Below are positions 48,005 to 58,558 of a stretch of DNA of 64,000 nt, one piece after another. How positions within the stretch are numbered: the first letter of the stretch is position 1; the number at the start of each line of letters is the position of its first letter. The notes below the pieces were generated by a model. The model was not told where the DNA came from. It ran no database searches and worked only from the letters and a program-made list of their open reading frames with translations. Source of the DNA: a bacterium (GTDB taxonomy: Bacteria > Verrucomicrobiota > Verrucomicrobiia > Limisphaerales > UBA11358); assembly GCA_021817945.1 (NCBI GenBank), contig JAKAFL010000002.1, forward strand, positions 84,929 to 148,928, in the 5' to 3' direction. The translations under genes were made by a program, and so were the position numbers.

Positions 48005-50323
48005 TTAACGTTTGCCTTTTTTTGAACTGGCTGCCGCGCGGGCCTGCTTTTTTCTGGAGACCGGGGGGCTCTTTGCTTTTTGCAAAAACGTTCCATCCAC
48101 GGATTCATCGCTTTTGTCCACTTCTTCATCGTGCAAGGGAACGCGAACGAAGATGGAAGTGCCTTTTTGGGGTTCGGCCTTGATTTCGCACTCGCCATGC
48201 ATGGCCAGGGCGCGTTCGCGCATATTGGTCAGTCCCAGGCCGTGACGGGTTTTGCGGCCCGCCTCAACCACTGCGGGGTCGAAGCCCTGTCCATCATCCT
48301 GAATCCTGAGGAGGACGAGGTTATTGCGGACCTGCAAGGAAAGTTTGACATTTTTGGCCCTGGCATGCTTGGAGATGTTATTGATGGCTTCCTGGATGAT
48401 ACGGAAGAGGTGCAATTCCTTGGCTGGCGGCATGCGCTGCTTGGAGGCTGCCACGCGGCAATCAATGCGCAAGCTGGTGCGCGCCTGGACATCGTTGCAG
48501 AAGCTGGTGCAAGCGGCAGCCAGGCCCAGGTTATCCAATTCCGCCGGGCGAAGGTTATGGGCGATGCGCCGGTTTTCCTCAAGCACCCGCACCAACACCT
48601 GGTCGCAGCGCCGCAGGATTTCCCGTGCCGCAGGCTTCAGGTCCGGCAGTCCGGTCTCCACTTTTCTGAGCCTCATCTTGACCGATGCGATCAACTGATT
48701 GATGCCATCATGCAATTCCTGCGCGATCCGGGAACGCTCCGCTTCCTGCGCCTTCAGGATGCGTTGCGGGAGGGAGCGCAGCTCCGCCTCGGCCTTTTTA
48801 CGCTGGGTGATGTCCCGGATATACATGGTGAACATCACATGATCCGCCAGATTGATGGGGGTGATGGTGAATTCCGCTGAAAAACGGCTTCCATCCGCCC
48901 TCAAGGCGGGGATTTCGATGCGGCTGCCCAGCGCCGGGCCCTTGACTCCCAAAAAGCCCGAGGCCAGGCCGTTTAAAAACCATGGCTTGAAGGGAGGCGG
49001 AATGATGGCTACCACGTTTTGCCCCACGCATCTGGACTGGCTTAATGCAAAAATCTTCTCGGCCGCCGTGTTGAGTTCAATGATGTTTCCCTGCTGGTCA
49101 ATGGTGATGATGCAGTCCAAGGCGGCCTGCATGATGGCTCTCTTGCGGGCTTCGCTTTCCGCAAGGGAATCCAAGGCAGCCTTGCGGTGGGTGATGTCAT
49201 CAGCGATTCCCACCACCCGGTAAATCCGGCCTGATTCATCCTTGATGGGGAAACTGCGGTCCTGAATCCAACGAATGGAATTGTCGGGCCGGACGATGCG
49301 GTAAATTTCGTCGTACTCGCTTTCCTGGCCCCTCGAGAAGAGGCCAGCCAAAACCCTGCTGCGGTCCTCCGGGTGCAGTGAATCCACCCAGTACTGGGAT
49401 GATTCGCAAAGCCCGGTGCAGGGTTGTCCCCAGATATGCTCAAAGGCTGGACTGACGTAAATGAACCTGCTTTTGTCGGCATTGCTTATCCAAAAGACCT
49501 CGCGGATATTATCAGCCAATTGCCGGAATTTCTGCTCGCTTTCCCGGAGGGCATCCTGGGCGCGCGTCCTTTCATCCACATCGCGGACCATGCTGAGCAA
49601 TCCGGCAGGTTGTTCAGTGAGACCCAGGGAAACGGTTGCGCTCAATTCCACCCTCACGCGGGTGTGATCCCTGCGAATGAGCGTATATTGGGCATCCCGC
49701 AGCACCCCCACCTTCAGGGCGTGGGTTATATCCTGCTTGATCCGGTCATGGTCCTGTTCGGGTGTGAGATCAAAAATGGTTTTTTCGAGCAGATGTGCTG
49801 AATCTGTGTAGCCGAGCATTGAAACCGCCTGGCTGTTGGCGGTAAGCAGGCGTCCACGCGGATGGATCAGGAACACGGCGTCTGGAAGGATGTCTATCAA
49901 CCGCCGGTGGTAGGCTTCGCTTTCCCTGAGGGCGACGGTGGTGCTGTGCAACCTGACGAGGGTTTGGACCCGGGCCAGCAATTCGCGCAGGCTCATGGGC
50001 TTGACCAGGTATTCATCCGCCCCCAGGGCCAACCCGCTCACCTTATGGTCATCGCTCACCGCCTCGCCGGAACACAGAGCCACGAAAACATCCTGCAACC
50101 GGGGGTTTGTTTTGATGCGGCGACACACCTCATCCCCGCTGATATCGGGAAGCCTCACATCCAACAGGACAAGATCGGGAACACGGTGCTGGGCCATGTG
50201 AAGGGCTTGCTGGCCCGTATTGGCCTCAAGCACCTGGTAACCCGCATCCCTCAGCACGCTGCCAAAAAGCTGGCGAATCTCGTCGTTGTCATCCACCACC
50301 AATATGGTAACAGCCTTTTTCAT
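48005..50323 (-). CDS. Hybrid sensor kinase: N-terminal receiver, three PAS-like segments, HisKA_3 + HATPase_c
   Basis: ILVVDDNDE...LVLLDVRLPDISG, H-box RIAQELHDGINQ, and EAINNISKHA, DDGQGFD and GLGLTNMRERA boxes. Basic C-terminal tail. Confidence 0.85.
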   Translation of the reverse strand: MKKAVTILVVDDNDEIRQLFGSVLRDAGYQVLEANTGQQALHMAQHRVPDLVLLDVRLPDISGDEVCRRIKTNPRLQDVFVALCSGEAVSDDHKVSGLALGADEYLVKPMSLRELLARVQTLVRLHSTTVALRESEAYHRRLIDILPDAVFLIHPRGRLLTANSQAVSMLGYTDSAHLLEKTIFDLTPEQDHDRIKQDITHALKVGVLRDAQYTLIRRDHTRVRVELSATVSLGLTEQPAGLLSMVRDVDERTRAQDALRESEQKFRQLADNIREVFWISNADKSRFIYVSPAFEHIWGQPCTGLCESSQYWVDSLHPEDRSRVLAGLFSRGQESEYDEIYRIVRPDNSIRWIQDRSFPIKDESGRIYRVVGIADDITHRKAALDSLAESEARKRAIMQAALDCIITIDQQGNIIELNTAAEKIFALSQSRCVGQNVVAIIPPPFKPWFLNGLASGFLGVKGPALGSRIEIPALRADGSRFSAEFTITPINLADHVMFTMYIRDITQRKKAEAELRSLPQRILKAQEAERSRIAQELHDGINQLIASVKMRLRKVETGLPDLKPAAREILRRCDQVLVRVLEENRRIAHNLRPAELDNLGLAAACTSFCNDVQARTSLRIDCRVAASKQRMPPAKELHLFRIIQEAINNISKHARAKNVKLSLQVRNNLVLLRIQDDGQGFDPAVVEAGRKTRHGLGLTNMRERALAMHGECEIKAEPQKGTSIFVRVPLHDEEVDKSDESVDGTFLQKAKSPPVSRKKQARAAASSKKGKR

Positions 50324-50387
50324 CTTTTATTTTTTAGATGACGCACCGGCGCATCGCCTTTTTGAGCGATGCAGTTTCGACCGCTTT

Positions 50388-50399
50388 GCATGCCGCAGG
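50388..50399 (-). promoter_or_regulatory. Shared 11-mer CCTGCGGCATG, site 3, ~65 nt upstream of kinase start
   Basis: GCATGCCGCAGG on the plus strand. Confidence 0.4.
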
Positions 50400-50552
50400 C
50401 CGAAAGGTGATTGTGAATCAGCCGCAGCCAAAGGGAAACCTTTTTTATTCCGACCCTATTATGAAAACTTGTGAGCGCCATGCTTTTGGTCCTGAATCAG
50501 CTTTAAAGGCAAGGAGGCAAAAGGGGGGGCGGTCCATCGCCACATGGGGGTT

Positions 50553-51335
50553 TTAAAACCGATTATAACGGCTTACCACCGCCCGGACCAGCCAGCGGGG
50601 CAGGAACCGGGTTGACTGGACCAGCCATTGATTGGACCAACCGGGCACCGCGATGACCCTACCTTTTCGGTAAGCCATGACGCCGGCCTGGGCCACCTCC
50701 TGGCCGCCCATTTTTTTCCGTTCCCTTTTGCGCGGCCTGCCACCGCGCGCCACCTGTCCGAAATTGGACTCGGTGGGTCCGGGGCACAAGACGGAGACCC
50801 GCACGCCTGATCCGGCAGTTTCCGCTGCGAGAGCCTCGGTAAAAGATAAAACAAAGGCTTTGGTCGCGTAATAGACGGCCATGTTCGGACCGGGCAGAAA
50901 ACCGGCCACGGATCCCACGTTGATGACACCCCCCTGGCGGCGCTCCAGCATGGCAGGCAAAAAAAGATGGGTTAAATGCACCAGTGAAGCCACATTCACC
51001 TGGACCATTTCCATCTGCCGGTCCAGGGCCAGTTGAGTGAATTCGCCCATGAGACCGAACCCGGCATTATTGACCAGCACATCCACACGCCAACCTGAAT
51101 CCTTGACCTGTTTGAACAAGCTCAAAGAGTCATTGGGCCGTGACAGGTCACAGTCAAAAACGGCCACTTCCACGCCGTGCTTTTTTCCCAGATCCGAAGC
51201 AATGGCCTGAAGAACTTCCTTGCGCCTTGAAACAAGGACAAGGCGACAGCCAGCTTCAGCAAAGGTTCGCGCCAATTCCAGGCCAATCCCAGAGGAAGCT
51301 CCCGTCACCAGCACGGTCTCTGATGCGTTTTTCAT
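50553..51335 (-). CDS. Short-chain dehydrogenase/reductase
   Basis: VTGASSGIGLELA, NNAG and YYATK motifs. Confidence 0.85.
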   Translation of the reverse strand: MKNASETVLVTGASSGIGLELARTFAEAGCRLVLVSRRKEVLQAIASDLGKKHGVEVAVFDCDLSRPNDSLSLFKQVKDSGWRVDVLVNNAGFGLMGEFTQLALDRQMEMVQVNVASLVHLTHLFLPAMLERRQGGVINVGSVAGFLPGPNMAVYYATKAFVLSFTEALAAETAGSGVRVSVLCPGPTESNFGQVARGGRPRKRERKKMGGQEVAQAGVMAYRKGRVIAVPGWSNQWLVQSTRFLPRWLVRAVVSRYNRF

Positions 51336-51537
51336 CCCAAACGCCGGATGTCAGGCCTTGGGGTATGATAGGAAGCGACGAAGGCCGTTGGTGCGGGTAA
51401 AAGAGGACGCAACGCGGGAGGTGAAGACATGGGATTCCCGCAAAACTCCGGGGTTTTTGAGCAGTATCCAGGCGCGGCATCTGCCACCCGAATCCATTGT
51501 CCTATAATGCCGCTCATCGCCATTGGCAGACGGGTTA

Positions 51538-52866
51538 TTAATGGTTGTCCAAGCCAAACCTGCCCGTCAAGGGCCAGTAAACAAAAAAGGATTTTCCTAT
51601 CACGGCATCTTCTGGAATGGGTCCCCAAAACCTGGAATCCAGGCTGTTGCAGGTATTATCTCCCATGGGCATGCAATCCCGGTCAGGCACATCCACCACG
51701 GTCTGGCCATCCGGGAAATAGGGGAGCCCGCCGGGGCCCCGCAAAAGGCTGAAGATATTGTATTCCCGGGCCACGGCGCCATTCAGGTGGCCGCTCCATT
51801 GGCTGTCCCTGGGCGGCTGGGCCGGGTCAAAACCGTAAAGATTTTCAAAGTGCGGCGTGTTTTTATCAAGGCGCACACCATTGATGACCAGATGGCGGTC
51901 ATCACCAATCTGAACCTTTTCCCCGGGCAAGCCCACCAGTCTTTTGATGTAAAATTCATTGTCAGGGATGCCATAAACTTCCCTTTTCTCCTCGGGTATG
52001 CCAAGCGTCTCGAACACGATGATATCCCCGCGTCTGGGCGCGTGGAAATTGTAAGTCAGCCGGTCCACAAACAAGTGGTCACCGGCCCCCATTTGTAATT
52101 TGATGACATCCTCGCCCTTGTGGAAGACCCGTCCTTTCAACAGCCCCGCCCGATAAGACAAGGGGTTGATGCCTTGGGGCGTTTCCCCGTAGTCAGGCGG
52201 GAACCACAGGGTATGAGTCTGCCCGGCAAAGACAAAATTCTGCCATAGGTTGAAAATTAAAAAGTGTTGGACTGGTCCGACCGATTCAATGGAGCCATCC
52301 ACCGGCGCCACAAAGTGAATGTAAGAAATGCCCTTAAGCCAGGCGGCGACCCTATTCCAACCCTCAGGAATGATCATTTTTTCCTGCACCTCAGACGCCT
52401 TGCCAAACTGGGCGCGCGCCTTGTCATCCTCGCCGTTGTTGAGTGCCTCCCACATGGGGGTGTAATCCGGCGATGCGGTGATCCCGAACAAGGTGGGCTG
52501 CATGGAACCGGTGGGAATCTTGAAAGGTTGGAGGAAAAAGGTGCGGATGCCCATGGCCACAGCGAGCGCCACCAGGAGCACCTCCACATTTTCGCGCCAC
52601 GCGGCATTGGGATAGGGTGGAATCCATTTCTCGGCGGCAAATTGGAGTTCCTCGCAACGCAGGCGGATACTGCCCTGGTGACCCTGCGTCAGGGCGGCAT
52701 TCAAATTGCCGATGGCCTCCAGCACGGCACCCCGGGCCTGGGTGGACAACAGATCATCATGCGCAGCAAGCATGCGTCTGTAATGCTTCCGAACCGCGCA
52801 GGCATCCCGCACGGTTTGCGACATGATCCAACGGAATATTAGCATAAATTTGGCTCCAACGATCAT
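51538..52866 (-). CDS. lepB: Signal peptidase I
   Basis: PTGSMQPTL Ser box, GDIIVF, YIKRLVGLPGE and GDNTCNSLDSRFWGPIP. Conserved position after lepA. The start codon is uncertain. Confidence 0.8.
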   Translation of the reverse strand: MIVGAKFMLIFRWIMSQTVRDACAVRKHYRRMLAAHDDLLSTQARGAVLEAIGNLNAALTQGHQGSIRLRCEELQFAAEKWIPPYPNAAWRENVEVLLVALAVAMGIRTFFLQPFKIPTGSMQPTLFGITASPDYTPMWEALNNGEDDKARAQFGKASEVQEKMIIPEGWNRVAAWLKGISYIHFVAPVDGSIESVGPVQHFLIFNLWQNFVFAGQTHTLWFPPDYGETPQGINPLSYRAGLLKGRVFHKGEDVIKLQMGAGDHLFVDRLTYNFHAPRRGDIIVFETLGIPEEKREVYGIPDNEFYIKRLVGLPGEKVQIGDDRHLVINGVRLDKNTPHFENLYGFDPAQPPRDSQWSGHLNGAVAREYNIFSLLRGPGGLPYFPDGQTVVDVPDRDCMPMGDNTCNSLDSRFWGPIPEDAVIGKSFFVYWPLTGRFGLDNH

Positions 52867-52898
52867 CCCAAACCCGCCCCGATGCCGTCTGGGTCAGG

Positions 52899-54689
52899 TT
52901 ATGCCTTGAGCACCTCTATGAAGGCTTCCTGGGGGATGTTCACATTACCAATGGATTTCATCCGCTTTTTGCCTTCCTTCTGTTTTTCCAGGAGCTTGCG
53001 CTTGCGCGAGACATCGCCACCATAGCACTTGGCGGTCACATCCTTGCGAAACGCGCTGATCACCTCGGAGGCCACGATTTTGCCTCCTATCGCGGCTTGA
53101 ATCTTGATTTGGAATTGCTGGCGTGGGATGACTTCCTTCAGTTTTTCGGCCAGGGACCGGCCCCGCCCCTCTGCCTTGGAGCGGTGAACAATGCAGGAAA
53201 AGGCATCCATCGGTTCCGTGTTCACGAGCATGTCCAGCTTCACCATGTCGCTCTCCATATAGTCGCCCGGCTCATAATCCATGGAACCGAATCCGCGCGT
53301 GATGCTTTTGATCCGGTCATGAAAATCAATCAGGATTTCATTCAAGGGTATGAGGCTGGTCAGCATCACCCGGCGGGAATCAAGCGTCTCGGTATGATCC
53401 ACTGCGCCGCGCTTTTCGGAAATCAATGCCATGATGTCCCCGATGTTTTCATTGGGGCAAATCACAAAAGCCTTGACCATGGGCTCCTCGACCCGGTCTA
53501 TAAGCGTGACCTCCGGCATGAAAGCAGGGTTATCCACCAGTTTCATGTCCCCATTTGAAAGGTGAACCCGGTAAACCACGCTTGGGTAGGTGGCAATGAT
53601 ATCCATGTCGTATTCCCGGCGAAGCCGTTCCTGCACAATTTCCAAATGAAGCAATCCCAGGAAACCGCACCGGAACCCGAACCCCAGCGCCACGGAGGTT
53701 TCCGTGGCATAAACGAAAGCGGAGTCATTCAGCTTCAATTTCGCCATGGAGGATTTGAGCTGTTCATAATCCGCAGTGTTGATGGGATAAATCCCGCTGA
53801 ACACCATGGGGTGAATCTCCTTGAATCCGGGAAGCTCGCCGGAAGGATTCCGGGCGTCCGTGATGGTGTCACCCATTTTGACATCGCTTGGGGACTTGAT
53901 GTTGGCGGTGATATACCCGGTCTCGCCGGTCTCCAATTTTTCCCGGGTGTAAGGCTTGGGATTGAAGCTTCCCACCTCCTTGACCTCGAAGGATTTTCCG
54001 GAGTGCAGCAACTTAACCATCATGCCGGGCTTGATCTCCCCGTTAAAGACCCTGACATGGGTGACCACCCCCTTGTAAGTGTCAAAAAAGGAATCGAAAG
54101 CGAGCGCTTGCAGGCTGGCTGCCCCAGTGGCTTTAGGGGGAGGCACGCGCTCCACAATGGCTTCCAGGATTTCATCAATGCCTATTCCTTCCTTGGCGCT
54201 GCAAGGGATGGCCCACTCTGAAGGCACCGCCAGCACCTCCTCCAATTGTTGCCGGGCTTGGGGAATATTGGCATGCGGCAGGTCAATCTTGTTAATGACA
54301 GGGATAATTAGGAGGTTTTGCTTGGCAGCCAGGTGGTAATTGGCCACGGTCTGGGCCTCAACCCCCTGCGCGGCATCAATGACCAGCAAAGCCCCCTCGC
54401 AGGCACTTAGACTCCGGGAAACTTCGTAGGCAAAATCCACATGCCCCGGGGTGTCTATCAAATTCAGCTCATACGTCTCACCATTCCTGGCACGGTACAT
54501 CATGGTCACAGGATGAGCCTTGATGGTGATGCCTCGCTCGCGCTCCAAGTCCATGGCATCGAGCAACTGATCCTCCATGTCCCGCGTGGCGATGGTCCCC
54601 GTGCGATGCAATAGACGGTCGGACAAGGTCGTCTTTCCGTGGTCAATATGTGCTATGATGCTAAAATTTCGGATGTGCGCTGAGTCCAT
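52899..54689 (-). CDS. lepA: Elongation factor 4
   Basis: IIAHIDHGKTTLSDRLL, DTPGHVDF and NKIDL. Full-length 596 aa with the characteristic LepA C-terminal domain. Confidence 0.95.
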   Translation of the reverse strand: MDSAHIRNFSIIAHIDHGKTTLSDRLLHRTGTIATRDMEDQLLDAMDLERERGITIKAHPVTMMYRARNGETYELNLIDTPGHVDFAYEVSRSLSACEGALLVIDAAQGVEAQTVANYHLAAKQNLLIIPVINKIDLPHANIPQARQQLEEVLAVPSEWAIPCSAKEGIGIDEILEAIVERVPPPKATGAASLQALAFDSFFDTYKGVVTHVRVFNGEIKPGMMVKLLHSGKSFEVKEVGSFNPKPYTREKLETGETGYITANIKSPSDVKMGDTITDARNPSGELPGFKEIHPMVFSGIYPINTADYEQLKSSMAKLKLNDSAFVYATETSVALGFGFRCGFLGLLHLEIVQERLRREYDMDIIATYPSVVYRVHLSNGDMKLVDNPAFMPEVTLIDRVEEPMVKAFVICPNENIGDIMALISEKRGAVDHTETLDSRRVMLTSLIPLNEILIDFHDRIKSITRGFGSMDYEPGDYMESDMVKLDMLVNTEPMDAFSCIVHRSKAEGRGRSLAEKLKEVIPRQQFQIKIQAAIGGKIVASEVISAFRKDVTAKCYGGDVSRKRKLLEKQKEGKKRMKSIGNVNIPQEAFIEVLKA

Positions 54690-55081
54690 TTACAACAAAA
54701 TAATTCTTTAAACCAGCCCGGCAAAACCACCCGGGCGTCCCACCCGCCCCGCCTCCAAGGCTGTTTGCTGGTTTATCATGAGGGCCTAGCATAGCTGGAA
54801 ACAGTTTGATGCAAAGAAAAAACACCCGCCTGAAGCGGCGCTGTGCCCGTGGGATCATTTTCCGAAGGTTTAACCCGAAAAGGGAAATTGAAAGGGTCAA
54901 GATGCGGCAAGATGCTGGAGCGGAAACTCTTTGTAAAAATCGAAACCATACCCGAAGCGGTCTGGTGAGATTTTTCCAATGAGTTTGCGCCCAGTAGATT
55001 GGGGCAAATTGGCCTTTTCAATTTCGCTTTTCGGAAAAGCTCACTTTGAGCTGGTTGTAAATTTGCTTAACCCGCTCTCAT

Positions 55082-58000
55082 TCATGGCTTCCTGTTTTTT
55101 TCCAAAGGGTTGCCTCCACCTGCGTCAATATCGGGCGAAGCCGTGGGTACATCGTGATATTGGACCTGGCCAGTCTCTTCGGTCGGCAGGGGGTCGTCAG
55201 GCAAAACAGCCAGTTCCGCCAGGGCGGAGGATGTGTCTGGCCCAAAACCGGATAATGCGGTCAAACGTAAATACCGCGCCCTCATTCCCCGTTTCCATTC
55301 GATGGTTTGGGGGTCGTAGCTGGAAGCCAATTCGCCATGAGCCACCACCTGCCAGTGGATGTCGTCCAGACTGCCTTCCAAAAGGTATTGCCGAATATCG
55401 CCTAAATGTTCCCGTTGATTTTGCCGGGGCATAAGCAGGAGTCCATGAGTGGGGACCGTTTTGGGGAATGAAATAGTGAAAACGTGGGGATGCGCGGGTC
55501 CGCGGCCCCTGGCGTCTGCGCTCGACCAAAAGGTGTTGGGGTCGCCATCCATCAATTCCGGGGCTGGTTGTCCATCGGCAAGAATCGTTGCCCCCAACCG
55601 TTCCATGGACAGGTTGTCAAAAAAGAGATCGGACATGTTTTGGGAAGACACGGAAACATGAGGCGCAAACCCAGGGCTGTTCATGTACGCCAGCAGGGAG
55701 CGTCGCAGTTGGGCTCCTGCCGGGCCGGAATCCAAATCGGCCGTGCAAACCAGAAGGCTGCCTTTTAACACTTTGGCCTCAAAAATGACGGCCAGTTTTT
55801 CGTTGCGGTTCCAGTCATCAATAGCCCACACAATGGGTCGCAATTCCTTGGGCATGCGGTCCATGTCAATGGCGCGCGATTGTCCAATCACAGAGATCCA
55901 TTGCCAATCGCAAAAATCCGAGGTGGGAAAACCTGACAAAGCTGCCGAATGCAAATCGCAGTACAAGCCAAGCATCCGGCTCCAAGATGGCCCCATCAGA
56001 GCATTCCAAAAAACCGGAACCCGGCCCAGAGGCGGACTCCACCAACTCAGCGTGGAGGGCTGGGGAAGAAGCAACACCTTGTGTCCCAAAGCAAGTTGCT
56101 TGGCCGCATCGTCCCAAAACCGGGTCACCACCACTTCCGTTTTTGATCGCATGTCATTCGCTCCAACAGGTGGATACACCCAAAGATTCCACTGATTGGT
56201 CCGCGCCTGACCTTCCAGCGCCTTTCCGGCATCATCCACCGGCACCAAGGAGACCTGAAGCTGGTACTGCCCGGGGACAGGCAACGATGCCATTTCCGCA
56301 TGAACGGTTCCCAAGGGAATACCTTTACCCAATGGACAAGCCTGTTCCGTGAGTGGACCTGAAATACAGGGTCTGCCATTTTTATCTGCGATAAACCACT
56401 GCACCCGCACTCGGGCAAGGGGCGCCGCGCTAAAATTTGCCGCTTCCAAGCCGGCCACCAAGGTGTCTTGGGTTGTAAAAATGCGGCGCTTCAACCGGGC
56501 AAGGGGAACCAAATCACTGCAAAAAGACCGGAAAATTTCCGGAGTCAGCCGCCCCTTGGGTTTCCAAAAGGGATCAAGGAGTCCGACCAGAGCCGTCCCC
56601 TGCCCGGTGTAATCGTGGAGGTCCAACAATTGAAACCCTCCCAAGCCGGGCGTCCGGAGCGCCGCCTCGACCTCCTCCTTGTAACAAGCCAGTTGGAAAG
56701 ACGCCGATGCGGCGGCGAAAGCATGGTTCATGGGCAACACACCGTTAGCACGGGCCGAATCGCGAATGATCTCGAAATTGCCGGGCTGCATAAACCCATG
56801 AAAAACACGAATCATGTCCAAGTTGGGATAGGCGCACCACTGGCCCACTTCATGGGAAATAACCGGCACGTCCAAACCCTGGATCGCACGCTCATAGTCA
56901 CCGCCAAACCATCCGCCCTCACCTCGCACATGCCATCCACCCACCCTGCCAACATCCAAGTAATCTGCATCGCTCCTCACTGGTTCATGAGGGTCATCCA
57001 CCAGGGACCAACCGGTGTCTGGAGTGTATAAATGCCGCGAATCCTCCTTTCTGAAATGGCGCACCCATTCAGGCAAAACCTGCTTCCACCTTCCTGAGGC
57101 CTCATTGCTGGCGGAAATGAGCATGAGAGAAGGATGATTTCCAAAATCCTGAAGGATGCGCTCTGTTTCTGAGTAAAGCTGAAGGGTGACCGCGCTGCCG
57201 GGAGCGAAGGCATTCCACATGCCAGGCTCGACTTGCAGGTAAAAGCCGATCTCGTCTGCGGCGGTAAAAGCCGCCTCGGGTGGACACCACGAATGAAAGC
57301 GCATGTGGTTCAATCCGTAGTCTTTGCAGGTCTCAAACAATTTACGCCACGACTCCACCTCGGTGGGAGGATAACCCGTGAGGGGAAAATCGCCTCCAAA
57401 ATGGGTTCCCCTAAAAAATGCCGGATGCCCATTCAAGTAAAATTGAGTTCCAGAAGTCGTCAAACTCCGAAAGCCAAAGCGGACGGTCCTGGCATCTGTT
57501 CCCTCCCGGCTGGTCAGCAACAGGGTCCAAGTCTCCAGAGCAGGATGAAACTCATCCCACAGCCCTGCATGGGGGTCTGGCGGGATAATGCATTGGGTTT
57601 CCGCGCCGTTTGCCTGCCAACTCACCGGGACGGCGTCTGAGGACTTCCTCGATGAAGCTAAATTTCCGCGCACCACGGACAACCATCCGGATCCAGACTC
57701 TCCCGTGGCATTGCCAATGGTCACCTGCACCACGGCGGACCGATTGGTGACATCCGGAAAAACCCGTACCCGCTCAAGCCAAATCCTGGGCGTTGCCCTC
57801 AACTCAATTTTGCCGACCACTCCATTCCATGAATCATCCAGCGAATCGGAAATGCTATGGGCATCAGGTCGGTACGGAAGAATCATGCGGTTATCCACCA
57901 GCAGAGTCATCTCGTGCCTTCCTGGCTCCAGCGAGCCTAAATCATACTCGTGCGGCGTGCATAAGCTGATGTCCGAGCCCACCCGGTGATGGTCCACCCA

Positions 58001-58453
58001 AAGGGTGGTCTTCCAATGAGGACGCTCCAGAAACAAGGTGATGCGCTGTCCTTTCCATCCCACTGGAACGTCAAAATCCCGCTGGAACCATGCCGCGCCG
58101 GCATAGTGCCGCGGAGGCTGACTTAAAAAAGGAATCCGAACCCGTCCTGTATTGGTGTCGCCCTCATAAGCGGATCGCAAGTACCAGTAATGATCATATA
58201 GCGTCAAAACCCAAGGGGTATGAATGCCAATGGCATCTCCGTAGCCCTGCGCTTCCAGGATGCCAGGCAAATGGATTTCCCCGGACAGTGTGTGGGAAAA
58301 CCATTGGCTTTTTTCACCGACATCCGCAGGATCCATCTCAAAACGCCATTTTCCGGCGAGCGACTGGACATCCCCTGCGTGCGCCCAAGCGGCCAGAGCA
58401 CAGCACATCCAACCCAACAAAGGGGCTGTCTTCAAGAACTTTGAAAAAATCAT
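55082..58453 (-). CDS. Secreted glycoside hydrolase family 2-like enzyme with C-terminal F5/8 type C (discoidin) domain
   Basis: Signal peptide, GAAWFQRDFDVPVGWKGQRITLFLE sugar-binding-type domain, ISASNEASG in the TIM barrel and DGDPNTFWSS near the C-terminus. Confidence 0.65.
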   Translation of the reverse strand: MIFSKFLKTAPLLGWMCCALAAWAHAGDVQSLAGKWRFEMDPADVGEKSQWFSHTLSGEIHLPGILEAQGYGDAIGIHTPWVLTLYDHYWYLRSAYEGDTNTGRVRIPFLSQPPRHYAGAAWFQRDFDVPVGWKGQRITLFLERPHWKTTLWVDHHRVGSDISLCTPHEYDLGSLEPGRHEMTLLVDNRMILPYRPDAHSISDSLDDSWNGVVGKIELRATPRIWLERVRVFPDVTNRSAVVQVTIGNATGESGSGWLSVVRGNLASSRKSSDAVPVSWQANGAETQCIIPPDPHAGLWDEFHPALETWTLLLTSREGTDARTVRFGFRSLTTSGTQFYLNGHPAFFRGTHFGGDFPLTGYPPTEVESWRKLFETCKDYGLNHMRFHSWCPPEAAFTAADEIGFYLQVEPGMWNAFAPGSAVTLQLYSETERILQDFGNHPSLMLISASNEASGRWKQVLPEWVRHFRKEDSRHLYTPDTGWSLVDDPHEPVRSDADYLDVGRVGGWHVRGEGGWFGGDYERAIQGLDVPVISHEVGQWCAYPNLDMIRVFHGFMQPGNFEIIRDSARANGVLPMNHAFAAASASFQLACYKEEVEAALRTPGLGGFQLLDLHDYTGQGTALVGLLDPFWKPKGRLTPEIFRSFCSDLVPLARLKRRIFTTQDTLVAGLEAANFSAAPLARVRVQWFIADKNGRPCISGPLTEQACPLGKGIPLGTVHAEMASLPVPGQYQLQVSLVPVDDAGKALEGQARTNQWNLWVYPPVGANDMRSKTEVVVTRFWDDAAKQLALGHKVLLLPQPSTLSWWSPPLGRVPVFWNALMGPSWSRMLGLYCDLHSAALSGFPTSDFCDWQWISVIGQSRAIDMDRMPKELRPIVWAIDDWNRNEKLAVIFEAKVLKGSLLVCTADLDSGPAGAQLRRSLLAYMNSPGFAPHVSVSSQNMSDLFFDNLSMERLGATILADGQPAPELMDGDPNTFWSSADARGRGPAHPHVFTISFPKTVPTHGLLLMPRQNQREHLGDIRQYLLEGSLDDIHWQVVAHGELASSYDPQTIEWKRGMRARYLRLTALSGFGPDTSSALAELAVLPDDPLPTEETGQVQYHDVPTASPDIDAGGGNPLEKNRKP

Positions 58454-58558
58454 ATTGCAGGAAACTGAGGGTGTTTACACCTGATTCCACGCCGGGTAAA
58501 CCATTTTCGCCCGAATGAGTTTGGTTGCAGAATTGAATTTTTTCAACCGCCCGGTATC

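Noticed and set aside
47629-48198. Many 60-190 aa ORFs in the track lie wholly in repeat arrays, for example 13024-13386, 13141-13584, 19757-20137, 47629-48198 and 63260-63835.
   Set aside because: They are read-through of G+C-rich repeats on both strands and in several frames. They have low-complexity Gly/Glu/Arg/Pro composition, and their boundaries are set by repeat modules rather than by gene-like starts.
54812-54843. A candidate terminator after the GH2 gene. On the minus strand a hairpin is followed by GTGTTTTTTC.
   Set aside because: The stem is only about 4 bp (CGCC/GGCG), and it lies ~240 nt after the stop codon. That is too weak to report as a feature.
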